A stretch of DNA of 64,000 nucleotides from Isosphaeraceae bacterium (GCA_965201075.1 CBDAVP010000011.1:62001-126000), one strand, 5' to 3'. Counted from the stretch's first letter, positions 10,376 to 19,159 are shown. Program-made: numbers and translations. Notes: generated by a model from the letters alone, not told the origin.

Positions 10376-11077
10376 ATGGCTCGCAGGGACAAGGAATCGG
10401 TCGTCCCGCGCTTCAAGGTTGGGGACAAGGTCCGGGTCAAGCCGGGCGTGAGCGACCCGGACTTCCCCGACATGCCCCTGGGCGGCTGGTCGGGGACCGT
10501 CTCCGAGGTCATCCAGCGGGAGGGCGAGATCCACTGCGTCTTCAAGCTGGACGAGCGGACCCTGGCGAGCCTCCACCCGATCTACCAACAACGCTGCGAG
10601 ATCGACGGGCTGGATTACGAGGTCATGGGGCTCGGCGAGGAGGACTTCGAGCCGGATGACGGCGTGCCCGCGTCCGTCGAGTCGCCCACGGCCATCGTCC
10701 CCCGCCCGCTGGCGATGGACGATCAGGACGATCGGGTCCGCATGGCCTTCAGGCTGACCCACGACGATTTCCTGCCCGAAGTGAACGAGGAGAATCAGCA
10801 CGAGTACGCCCGCTACCTGTTCGCCCACCTGAACTTTCCGTTCCGGGCGGAGTACCGACCGGGACGCGGGCGATCGTCCAACAAACCCGTCCGGCTGACC
10901 GTCACCGGCCTTTATGATCTCGACCAGTACGAGGTCGAGGAGCGCTACGGGCTGATCGGCGTGGGCAAGGAGCCGGGCGGGCCGGTCGAGTTCCCCCTGG
11001 CCGAGATCCAGGGCATTGAGGGCGAATTTAACCGCCGTCTGATCGAGGACTATGCCTACTGGCTGGCGAACTCCTGA
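10376..11077 (+). CDS. Hypothetical protein: N-terminal SH3/KOW-like region plus C-terminal 'calcium-binding protein' (CcbP-like) domain
   Basis: FKVGDKVRVK at the N-terminus; YL..HLNFPF.A...FPLAEI...N.RLIEDYAYW at the C-terminus. Confidence 0.65.
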   Translation: MARRDKESVVPRFKVGDKVRVKPGVSDPDFPDMPLGGWSGTVSEVIQREGEIHCVFKLDERTLASLHPIYQQRCEIDGLDYEVMGLGEEDFEPDDGVPASVESPTAIVPRPLAMDDQDDRVRMAFRLTHDDFLPEVNEENQHEYARYLFAHLNFPFRAEYRPGRGRSSNKPVRLTVTGLYDLDQYEVEERYGLIGVGKEPGGPVEFPLAEIQGIEGEFNRRLIEDYAYWLANS

Positions 11078-11120
11078 CGAGGGGCACCCGTTCCTCGCCT
11101 GCCGAGAAAGCGAACAACCG

Positions 11121-11894
11121 ATGCGACGGCGGCGGCGACACCAGCCGGAGCGCGTGGCCAGGCCCGAGGCACGAACGCTCTCCGACGAGGAGAAGGAGAA
11201 CCAACTGGCGGCGATGTCCCAGGAGATCGCCGCCTCGCCGGTGCTGACGGGCCCCGGACTCCAAGCTCGGTCACGGCGGGGCCGGTTCTATCTCGAGCGC
11301 CCGCTCGGCGACGGGGAAACCACCGGGGTCGAGACGTGGGGCCGGATCACGCCGCTGGCCGACTCGGCGGACCTGCTGCTGGAGCAGGAACGTCGCAAGG
11401 GGAACTGGTCCCTGATCGACAAGGGATCGGCCCGAAAACTCATCCAGGCCATCGCCGCCGATGCCAACGGGACGTTCCACGGCCTCGGATCGCTTGATAA
11501 GGCGTTGCAACGGGCAAACAAGGGTCTGGAGCAACTCCCGGTGAGGCCAGAAGGGAAGACCCAGTTCCTCGACTTCGAGACGGGCGAGGAGTGCTCCCCC
11601 CAGGAGGCACTGTTCCATCATTTCGGCTTGCCGCTCCACGTCCTCGTCGAGCCCTCGGAATGGTATTCGTATCACCGCGAGCCGATAATCGTCGAGGGCA
11701 GCGAGGACCGGAGCCGGGTGATCGTCCGATTCGGGGCGATGAGTCTGTCGAGGGAAAGTTTCGGCGGGACGTGTCTCTATGCCTTCCGAGACGGGCGTTG
11801 GGGAGCGTACCGGATCAAGCCCAGCGAGAATCGGGACATCGCCGCCGCCGAGGCGTGGCTCGCGAAGCGGAAGTGGCGGCAATGGGGGTCATGA
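11121..11894 (+). CDS. Hypothetical protein
   Basis: Long ORF with coding-like composition, tightly packed in the cassette. Confidence 0.75.
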   Translation: MRRRRRHQPERVARPEARTLSDEEKENQLAAMSQEIAASPVLTGPGLQARSRRGRFYLERPLGDGETTGVETWGRITPLADSADLLLEQERRKGNWSLIDKGSARKLIQAIAADANGTFHGLGSLDKALQRANKGLEQLPVRPEGKTQFLDFETGEECSPQEALFHHFGLPLHVLVEPSEWYSYHREPIIVEGSEDRSRVIVRFGAMSLSRESFGGTCLYAFRDGRWGAYRIKPSENRDIAAAEAWLAKRKWRQWGS

Positions 11895-11931
11895 ACGACT
11901 TCATGGGACCGGGATGACTCGGGAGGGACTC

Positions 11932-12750
11932 GTGGCGAAAAAGAAGGGCGAGAAGAAAGAGACCAAATCCGAATTCCTCCGCAAGGTCCTGGGCAGGAAT
12001 TCGAACCTCGATTACCGGCAGGTCAATCAGCGGTGGGCCAAGGCGGGGTATCCCGGAGAGATCAGCAACCCGTTGTACTACAAGGTCCGGGCCGAGTTGG
12101 GGATCAAGACGGAGTGGATCTGGGTCAAAAAGTCCGAGCCGGAAGCGAGGCCCTCGCCGGCCACGGCCGCTGGCGAGGTCTACCAGTTCAAAATCACGCT
12201 CATGGACACAGATCCCCCGATCTGGCGGCGCATCCAGGTGGGCGACTGCACCCTCGACAAGCTCCACGAGCATATCCAGACTGCGATGGGCTGGACCAAC
12301 TCTCACATGCACCAGTTCAGGATTGACGAGACGCTCCTTGGCGATCCCAGGCTCTTGGAGGAGACCTTCGAGGAACTGCAGTACAAGGATTCGACCACGA
12401 CGAGGCTGAGCGATCTCTTACCCGAGGTCGGCCGGCGGTCTCGGTTCGAGTACGAGTACGACTTCGGCGACGGCTGGCAGCACGAAATCCTCTTCGAGGG
12501 CCGTCCGGGGGCCGAGTCGGGGAAGCGGTACCCGATCTGTCTGGAGGGAGCACGGGCCTGCCCGCCGGAGGACGTGGGCGGTGTCTGGGGATATGTGGAC
12601 TTCCTCGAAGCCTTCAATGACCCCAAGAACAAGCAACATCGGGAGATGCGGAGGTGGATCGGCCGGAAGTTCGACCCCGAGGCGTTCAACCCGGCGGTTG
12701 CGACCAGGAGGATGAAGGGCGGCCTACCGGACTGGAGGGCGATGCGGTGA
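11932..12750 (+). CDS. Plasmid pRiA4b ORF-3 family protein with N-terminal basic extension
   Basis: YQFKITL...PPIWRRIQV..TLDKLHEHIQ..MGWTNSHMHQF, YEYDFGDGW.H, GARACPPEDVGG. Confidence 0.92.
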   Translation: MAKKKGEKKETKSEFLRKVLGRNSNLDYRQVNQRWAKAGYPGEISNPLYYKVRAELGIKTEWIWVKKSEPEARPSPATAAGEVYQFKITLMDTDPPIWRRIQVGDCTLDKLHEHIQTAMGWTNSHMHQFRIDETLLGDPRLLEETFEELQYKDSTTTRLSDLLPEVGRRSRFEYEYDFGDGWQHEILFEGRPGAESGKRYPICLEGARACPPEDVGGVWGYVDFLEAFNDPKNKQHREMRRWIGRKFDPEAFNPAVATRRMKGGLPDWRAMR

Positions 12751-12835
12751 AGTTCGCCGAGATTTCCACCGAGATCCGCACGTCTGGATACGGCCCCGGA
12801 CGGGGTCCGGGAAACCGAATCGGAGGGACGTATCC

Positions 12836-13141
12836 ATGAAGCCCTGCCCCGGCGACATTCGCCACAAGGTGCTGATCACCGGCGAGGAATTGCGGGAGCT
12901 GCAACGGCACTGCGCCTCGCTCGCCGAGGCGTTCGGGCTCGACCGCAAGATCGAGGCGTATAAGGGCACCCGGCCGATCACCTTGTACCGCTGGGATCTG
13001 GAGTGCCTGGTGGACATGATCGAGTGCGAACTCGACAATCCGAGGGAATACCCCAACAGGGCCGCCCCCGGGTTTCTGGCCCTGAGACGCCTCGGGCAGC
13101 GCCTCGGTAAAGAGTATGATGGTCACTACGGCGACGAATGA
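12836..13141 (+). CDS. Small hypothetical protein
   Basis: GGAGG RBS upstream; last gene of the cassette. Confidence 0.75.
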   Translation: MKPCPGDIRHKVLITGEELRELQRHCASLAEAFGLDRKIEAYKGTRPITLYRWDLECLVDMIECELDNPREYPNRAAPGFLALRRLGQRLGKEYDGHYGDE

Positions 13142-13645
13142 GACGCTCCCAAGAGCCAATCCGTCCGGCGATGACGCGCCCCTGGACCTCGAAGGCATGG
13201 CCCAGCGGGAAGCAGTCGTTGGGCGGATCGCACCGCAAGCCGTAACGAAATTCCACGAAGACGCCGAGGAAGATATCGGCGGACAGATCGAGTGGATCCA
13301 TGCATTGAAGAAAGTCCGGGATCTCTGATAGACTCCTGGACACCGTCAATCCGGGTCGGGGGTCACGAGGGTGGGTGGGCGCTTCCTCCGCGGCCCGTTG
13401 CACGAGTGAGCGTCTGGGATATCGAGAGCTCGTCCGGTCTCCCACGCCGTTCCTTAGGATCAAGGTCGCCCCGAACGATGGACAACGTCCCTTCGCTCGT
13501 CCATCCGGCGGGGATCGTGGGCCACAGCGAATAAGTCAGGGCCCTTCGATCAGTAACGACCGTATGAGCTTCTTACCACGCCTGGTTAAGGTTGAAGTCT
13601 CGTCAGGAGCTCAAGTAGGTTCGCGCGTCGAGAACCTCGGTCAAG

Positions 13646-13701
13646 TGCCGGCGGCGGGAGTCGAACCCGCACGAGGGTTACCCCTCGAAGGATTTTAAGT
13701 C
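13646..13701 (-). repeat. att-site duplication: 3' half of tRNA-Leu
   Basis: 56-bp direct repeat of 20165-20220 with one mismatch (13680 A vs 20199 G). Confidence 0.97.
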
Positions 13702-13809
13702 GTTCTTGAATCCTTGCCGAAAGCCCTATCCGTCAATGACTTGCATCCATAAACGATTGCCGTACCGGATTTCAGTACCGGATTCGCCCCCATTACTTGG
13801 GGGTTTGCG

Positions 13810-15033
13810 ATGGGTCGTCAAGCAAGTGTGCGGTCGAAAAACGGGCATTGGATGAGCGAGGCGGGGGGCGAGGCTCGGTACTTCGGGCGGGTCGATTGCG
13901 TATCCAGGAACGAGGCGTTGTCGCGGTTGTATGCGGCACTCGCTGGGGATGAGGGACACGCGGATAGGGGAGGGGGAGTCTTCGACTCCGGGGCTTCGCC
14001 TTCGGTGACGATGACGAGATCGACGAGCCGGAAGGAAGGAACTATCTCGCCAGCGTCCCGAGCCACGACCACGACAACGACTGCAAGCGAACCCGCCCAT
14101 GCCCCCGTCGCCGAAGGCGGGGGTCGTGAGACCCCTCCTCCTCTATCCACGCTCACGGTCTCTGAACTTCGGGACAAGTACTTGGCGTGGGTCGCCAAGC
14201 ATCGGGCGTTGACGAACTTCAAAGCAAAGGTTACGCACCTACGCCGATTCGTCGACGCCCATGGGAAGCGGGACGCGGCAAAAATCCGGGGCGTCGACCT
14301 GGAATCGTTCCTCGGATCTTTGAAGCATTCCGTCCAGCACATCCGCAAACATGAAGTGAGCGTCCGGGCATGTTTTCGGTGGGGCGTCAAGCATGCCCAC
14401 TTGCCCGCCGGGTTCACGCCCTTCGCCACCGTGGAAGCGATCCGACCCCCAGCGAAGGCACTACTCGAAAGCGACCTGCCCACGCAAAAGGAAGTTCGCG
14501 ACCTCATTGCCCATTCGACGCCCCGCCTCGCCGACTTCCTCGCCGTGCAATACGCCACCGGGGCGAGGACGGGCGAACTCAGGGCAGCGATTGTTCGCGA
14601 TTACCAACCCAAGACCCGGCAGGTGGTCCTCGCCAAACATAAACGAGAGAAGACGACGCGAGGCGTGGGCGTCCGCGTCCTCGCCCTCAACGACGCCGCC
14701 AACGCGGTCGTCGCCCGACTTTGCCAGGGTCGACATGATGACGCCCCGCTATTCCCGTCTCCGAAAGGACGGGCGTGGGGCGACCGATCCTTCTACGAGG
14801 CGATCGAACGGGCGAGGCGGAAGGCGGGCGTCTGATCCGCCGTCACGCCCTACTCGCTCCGGCATCTTTGGATAAGCGAGGCGCTCATGGCGGGCGTCGA
14901 TGTCTTACTCGTCGCACGGATGGCGGGGACAAGCGTGGCGATGATTGAACGGGTCTATGGACGGTTCCGAGGCGTGTCCCTTGCCGACGCCCTCGCACGC
15001 CTTGACGCCGCCCGTGGCGGTTCGCGGAGTTAA
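13810..15033 (+). pseudogene. Tyrosine recombinase/integrase with in-frame TGA at 14833-14835
   Basis: YATGARTGEL before the stop; the same frame resumes as TPYSLRHLWISEAL.AGVD...VARMAGTSVAMIERVYG and ends at TAA 15031-15033. Confidence 0.9.
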
Positions 15034-15258
15034 TGACTCGGCAACCGATCAACGATCCCGATCACGCCCTACGCCCCCGCGAACCCGACCCCGGGCAAGC
15101 GTGGGGCGTTCTCGTTTAATTATGTCCTGCGGGCATAATTGAATCCACGGAATCGCAATCGTTGTAGCCATGTAGTCGACCACAAGAGCATCAACGAGTG
15201 CGGGTTTCGATTGAACAAAACGAAAGCAAGAAAAATTCCGCGAACTTCCGCAAATTTT

Positions 15259-15287
15259 TTCAAGTCTCCGCGAAAGCGGACTACAAT
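15259..15287 (+). promoter_or_regulatory. Putative sigma70 promoter for the xis-ssb-primase operon
   Basis: TTCAAG-17 nt-TACAAT with A/T tracts upstream. Confidence 0.55.
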
Positions 15288-15324
15288 AAGTAGTCAGTCG
15301 TGATAACTCCAACGAAAGGAACAA

Positions 15325-15516
15325 ATGCACGCACAATTACTTTCTCGGAAAGAGGCGTGGAAGCGGCTCGGGATTGGTCAATCGAGCCTGAACAAGTTGG
15401 TCAAGTCGGGGGCGTTACGCTCTCACAAAATCGGGCGACTCGTAAAAATAGACGAGTCGGATATCATCGCATATTTGGAATCGGTTGCCCGTGGCGGTCA
15501 ACCTGTTAAGGCTTGA
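15325..15516 (+). CDS. Excisionase-like helix-turn-helix protein
   Basis: LLSRKEAWKRLGIGQSSLNKLVKSGAL.SHKIGRLVKI..SDI..YL (HTH_17/Xis pattern); GAAAGGA RBS. Confidence 0.9.
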   Translation: MHAQLLSRKEAWKRLGIGQSSLNKLVKSGALRSHKIGRLVKIDESDIIAYLESVARGGQPVKA

Positions 15517-15545
15517 ACTGGAATCACACTTATCGAAAGGCAATC

Positions 15546-15911
15546 ATGCAATTCATCATCGAAAACGAAAAGCAAAAAGCATCCGTCCCCGCTGGGGCGT
15601 ACCCGGCGAAGTTCCTCGGGTACAAGGCGACGACCACGAAGAGCGGAGACGCCCTCTTGTGGGAATGGACGATTACATCAGGTTCGGAGGCGGGCAAGAT
15701 CGCGTCAGCGTTTACGAATCCGCCAAGCGAAACGCCCCCGACCGTTAGCAACGCCCTTGGCAAAATCCTCGCGGGTCTCGCCGGGCGGTCGTTGACGGGT
15801 GGGGACATCTTCGATCCCGAGACCTGCGTCGGCAAAGCGTACACGGTCGTGGTCGCCCCGGGTCCAAAGGGCGGTGCCGCGTGCGTTCGCACCGTCGTCC
15901 CGACCGCGTAA
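15546..15911 (+). CDS. Small phage-type protein, possibly ssDNA-binding (OB-fold like)
   Basis: VPAGAYPAKF...LLWEWTI..G...GK...VGK.YTVVV pattern resembles phage SSB-like proteins; GAAAGG RBS; function inferred. Confidence 0.55.
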   Translation: MQFIIENEKQKASVPAGAYPAKFLGYKATTTKSGDALLWEWTITSGSEAGKIASAFTNPPSETPPTVSNALGKILAGLAGRSLTGGDIFDPETCVGKAYTVVVAPGPKGGAACVRTVVPTA

Positions 15912-15924
15912 ACGATTAAACGAA

Positions 15925-15957
15925 GACGGGGCGTGTCGCCGTATGACACGCCCCGTC
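15925..15957. terminator. 13-bp perfect hairpin between the ssb-like gene and primase (possible attenuator)
   Basis: GACGGGGCGTGTC-7 nt-GACACGCCCCGTC followed by a pyrimidine-rich tract. Confidence 0.55.
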
Positions 15958-15998
15958 ACTCTCTCTCGATTCACTCGTTCTCGAAAGGCTCTCGTAAT

Positions 15999-18929
15999 AT
16001 GATAGCACAAACCATTTTGGATTCCGCATTGGATTACGCGAATCGTGGATTCGGCGTCATCCCGACTCACGGGATCATCGGCGATTATTGCTCTTGCGGT
16101 CGTCCCAAGGATGATGGGCATAAGGCGGGCAAGCATCCCGCGTGCGAACATGGGTACAAGGACGCAACAACGGATCACGATACGATCCGACGTTGGTACG
16201 CCGACAAGCCGTGGTGCAATGTTGCGATCGTGACTGGCGGGGAATTTTTCGTCCTCGAATCCGACCCCCAGCATGGCGGCGACGAGTCGATCGCGGCACT
16301 TGTCGAACGGCATGGCGCCATGCCGTCGACGCCAACGGTCAAGAGCGGCGGGGGCGGGACACACTGGTACTTTGCTTATCCGACCGACGGGCGGGTGGTA
16401 CGCTCCCGAGCCGGAGTCGCCCCCGGGGTCGATGTGCGGGGCGAGGGCGGAATCGTAGTCGCCCCGCCGAGCAATCACGCATCGGGGAGCCGTTACGAGT
16501 GGGTCGTCAATCTCGATACACCGATTGCGGACGCCCCTGCATGGGTTCTCGACCTCGTATGCGATCACGCCGCAACGCGGGCGGGCGTCGTCGGGAGCAT
16601 CACGCCCCCGGATGCGGCGTTCCTGTTCGTCGATGACGAGAACGATTTCGCCTCGCATCCCGGGGCGGGCGAAGGGATGCGGAACGATACCTTGCTCCGG
16701 TTGCTCGGGATCGCCTTCGACCGGGGCGTGGCACCCGAGACGATCGAACGGGATGCCCTGGCGTGGGGCGAACGATGTACGCCCCCGATCCCGGAACATG
16801 ATGTACGCCGACGCCTCGCGTGGGTCGCGTCACGGAGGGACGACCCGGGGTCGGAAGGAACTATCCCCGGGTCGTGGGACGGGGGAGCCTCCGAATTAAT
16901 TCCTTCCCGGCGGGAAGGAATTAACTCCCCGGTCTCGGACCCGGCGACGGGGGGAGTTAATTCCTTCCTTCCGTTCTTTCCGGAGACGATTCCGCCCGGG
17001 AAAGAACCCGTCGCCGAAGGCGGGGGTCGTGAGACCCCTCCCCCTCTATCCACGCAACTTGACAAATCCCGAATTCCGTCCTACGGTACAAGTACACGTA
17101 CTACGAGTACGGATACGCAAACGAATAACGATACGAAACGTACTACGTTAATCGTAAACGATAACGATACGATTAACGGTACACGTACAACGTACAAAGA
17201 ACGGGTACTTGTACCCGTTTCGGATTGCGAGGATAGTGAGGGGAGGGGCTTCGCCCCCGCCTTCGGCTCGGAAAGCGCGTTCGCTGGCGGGAAGGAAGGA
17301 ATTAACTCCGACCCCGATCCCGACCACGCCCCCGAGTTAATTCCTTCCGAGTCGGGAGGAAATAACTCCTCGCTCCCGGGCGACGAGTTCCCAACCCTCG
17401 CCCCCGAAGCGTACCACGGGATCGTCGGCGATATCGTCCGGGCGATCGACCCCGAGACCGAAGCCGACCCGGCGGGCGTCCTGTTAACGATCTTGACCGC
17501 GATCGGCAACGCCGTCGGCAAGTCGCCTCGCTACGCCATGATGAGCGGGACGCATCGGGGGAACTTGTTCGCGTGTCTCGTCGGAGGAACCGCGTCGGCG
17601 AAAGGTCAAGCGTGGTCGATCGTGAATTCGTTGATGGAACGAGCCGACCCGACATGGAGCCGCGATTCGTTGGCGTTCGGGTTGTCGAGCGGTGAAGGAT
17701 TGGTCGACCGCGTCAAAGATCCGGAACCCGACCCCGACGCCGACGACACGGGGGCGTTCATCATCGCCGATGAACGTCGTTTGCTCGCCGTCGAAACCGA
17801 ATTTGCCCGCGTCCTAACCGCATCCCGCCGCGAAGGGAACACACTCTCTCCCTTGATCCGTTCCGCATGGGACGGGGACAAGTTAGAGGTCTTGACGCGA
17901 GGCAAGAGCAAGATCCGAGCGGACAACGCCCATGTCTCGATCCTCGCCCACATCACGCCGGAAGAATTAAACAAACTGCTGAATAACAGCGTCGAGATCG
18001 CCAATGGGTTCGCCAATCGGTTCGTGTGGGCGTGTGTGCGGCGGTCGAAGTCCCTGCCCAATGGGGGCGACCCCGCGATCCTGGACGCATGGGTCGAACC
18101 CCTAGCGAAAGCTCTGGAGAGGGCGAAACGGATCGGGCGTGTTCGGCGGGACGACGCGGCGGAATCGCTTTGGGCGTCGGTTTACGACACCTTGACCACG
18201 GAACGGCCCGGGGCGTTTGGGTTGGCGACAAGTCGAGCCCACGCCATCACGCTCAGGGTCTCGCTCTTGTACGCGATTTTGGACGCCGACGACACGATCC
18301 GGGAACTGCATCTGCGTGCCGCCCGCGCCGTGTGGGCGTATTGCGAGGCGTCAGCGTCCCGCATCTTCGGCGACGGGGCGACCCCGAACACGACCGACAC
18401 GCCCTCGCCCCTCGACATTCGATTGCTTGACGCGATCGTCAAGGCGCCAGGAATCAAGCGGTCGGATCTGCTCCGCGAAATCCGAGACGCGAACGCCAAC
18501 GGCATCGGCGAGGCGTTGGTATCCCTCGAAAACCGAAGTCTCGCCCACAAGCGAACGGTACACGCTTCCGGGGGCGGGCGTCCCTCGGAACACTGGTATC
18601 CGGGATCGAATGTCGACCCGCCGGAGGACGAACACGATAAGGGTATCTGTTCAACAGACACCCTCTCGCCCCCGAAGGGCGGATTCGCATTCGTCTTCGC
18701 CCATGAAGATGAGAACGATGATGCAAAGGGTATCGACACTGGCGATACCCTTTCGCCCCCCGCGACCGAAACCGCCTCGCCCACGGTCGAACCCGAGAGT
18801 GTGTCGGACGACACACAACCGGCAATCATGGGCGAAACATCCACAATTGCTGATACCAAATCCTCGCAATCAATCGACGAGGATGCTTTTTTTCGCGATC
18901 TAGAATTAGCATGGGAGACAATCAAATGA
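15999..18929 (+). CDS. Bifunctional primase/polymerase (prim-pol) fused to PriCT-like and DUF3987-like helicase regions
   Basis: GKHP, NVAIVTG, VLESD, TPTVKSGGGGTHWYF, GVDVRGEGGIVVAPPS; GEGMRNDTL; LVGGTASAKG, SSGEGL, ETEF, SAWDG, NGFANRF; GAAAGG RBS before ATG 15999. Confidence 0.88.
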   Translation: MIAQTILDSALDYANRGFGVIPTHGIIGDYCSCGRPKDDGHKAGKHPACEHGYKDATTDHDTIRRWYADKPWCNVAIVTGGEFFVLESDPQHGGDESIAALVERHGAMPSTPTVKSGGGGTHWYFAYPTDGRVVRSRAGVAPGVDVRGEGGIVVAPPSNHASGSRYEWVVNLDTPIADAPAWVLDLVCDHAATRAGVVGSITPPDAAFLFVDDENDFASHPGAGEGMRNDTLLRLLGIAFDRGVAPETIERDALAWGERCTPPIPEHDVRRRLAWVASRRDDPGSEGTIPGSWDGGASELIPSRREGINSPVSDPATGGVNSFLPFFPETIPPGKEPVAEGGGRETPPPLSTQLDKSRIPSYGTSTRTTSTDTQTNNDTKRTTLIVNDNDTINGTRTTYKERVLVPVSDCEDSEGRGFAPAFGSESAFAGGKEGINSDPDPDHAPELIPSESGGNNSSLPGDEFPTLAPEAYHGIVGDIVRAIDPETEADPAGVLLTILTAIGNAVGKSPRYAMMSGTHRGNLFACLVGGTASAKGQAWSIVNSLMERADPTWSRDSLAFGLSSGEGLVDRVKDPEPDPDADDTGAFIIADERRLLAVETEFARVLTASRREGNTLSPLIRSAWDGDKLEVLTRGKSKIRADNAHVSILAHITPEELNKLLNNSVEIANGFANRFVWACVRRSKSLPNGGDPAILDAWVEPLAKALERAKRIGRVRRDDAAESLWASVYDTLTTERPGAFGLATSRAHAITLRVSLLYAILDADDTIRELHLRAARAVWAYCEASASRIFGDGATPNTTDTPSPLDIRLLDAIVKAPGIKRSDLLREIRDANANGIGEALVSLENRSLAHKRTVHASGGGRPSEHWYPGSNVDPPEDEHDKGICSTDTLSPPKGGFAFVFAHEDENDDAKGIDTGDTLSPPATETASPTVEPESVSDDTQPAIMGETSTIADTKSSQSIDEDAFFRDLELAWETIK
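16853..17368. repeat. Iteron array and AT-rich core inside the primase gene (putative replication origin)
   Basis: Seven copies of GGAAGGAATTAACTC in alternating orientation flank an AT-rich segment. Confidence 0.8.
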
Positions 18930-19159
18930 CGAAACTCGAATATTTCCGCAAAGCTCTCGCCGTCAAGGGGTTGAAACCTGAAGACGCACGCGCCCCGCAC
19001 AATCTCACACACGGTCAATTCGACCATTGCAAATGGGCGTTGGCTTATGCAAACTCGCAAATATTAAACGACAAACGGGTTGCGGAACTGCATGCGAACC
19101 CGTTATCTCCCGAGGAAGCGGAAGTGTGGTGGGAAGCGAATATGGTCGTGCCAAAATAA
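18926..19159 (+). CDS. Small hypothetical protein
   Basis: ATGA overlap with the primase stop codon. Confidence 0.65.
   Translation: MTKLEYFRKALAVKGLKPEDARAPHNLTHGQFDHCKWALAYANSQILNDKRVAELHANPLSPEEAEVWWEANMVVPK

Noticed and set aside
9433..13645. Integron cassette array or tmRNA-integrated island with its own att repeat
   Set aside because: No attC-like repeats between the genes, no integrase, and I found no duplicate of the tmRNA 3' end
13141..13645. Short ORFs between the cassette and the att site
   Set aside because: No recognisable motifs or consistent RBS; probably decayed sequence
13646..13701. A second tRNA-Leu gene
   Set aside because: Only the 3' 56 nt are present; there is no D-arm or 5' acceptor strand, so it is an att remnant
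10202..14835. TGA recoding (Trp/Sec readthrough) explaining two in-frame TGAs
   Set aside because: TGA is the normal stop for many neighbouring genes, I saw no SECIS-like context or Cys-equivalent position, and single transitions explain both
17007..17055. Group II intron domain V/VI remnant (GNRA hairpin followed by ctctat)
   Set aside because: No domain V catalytic triad helix and no RT gene; the motif occurs as inverted pairs, which fits a DNA site better
16853..17368. CRISPR array
   Set aside because: The repeats are 15 bp, alternate in orientation and lie in an ORF; no cas genes are present
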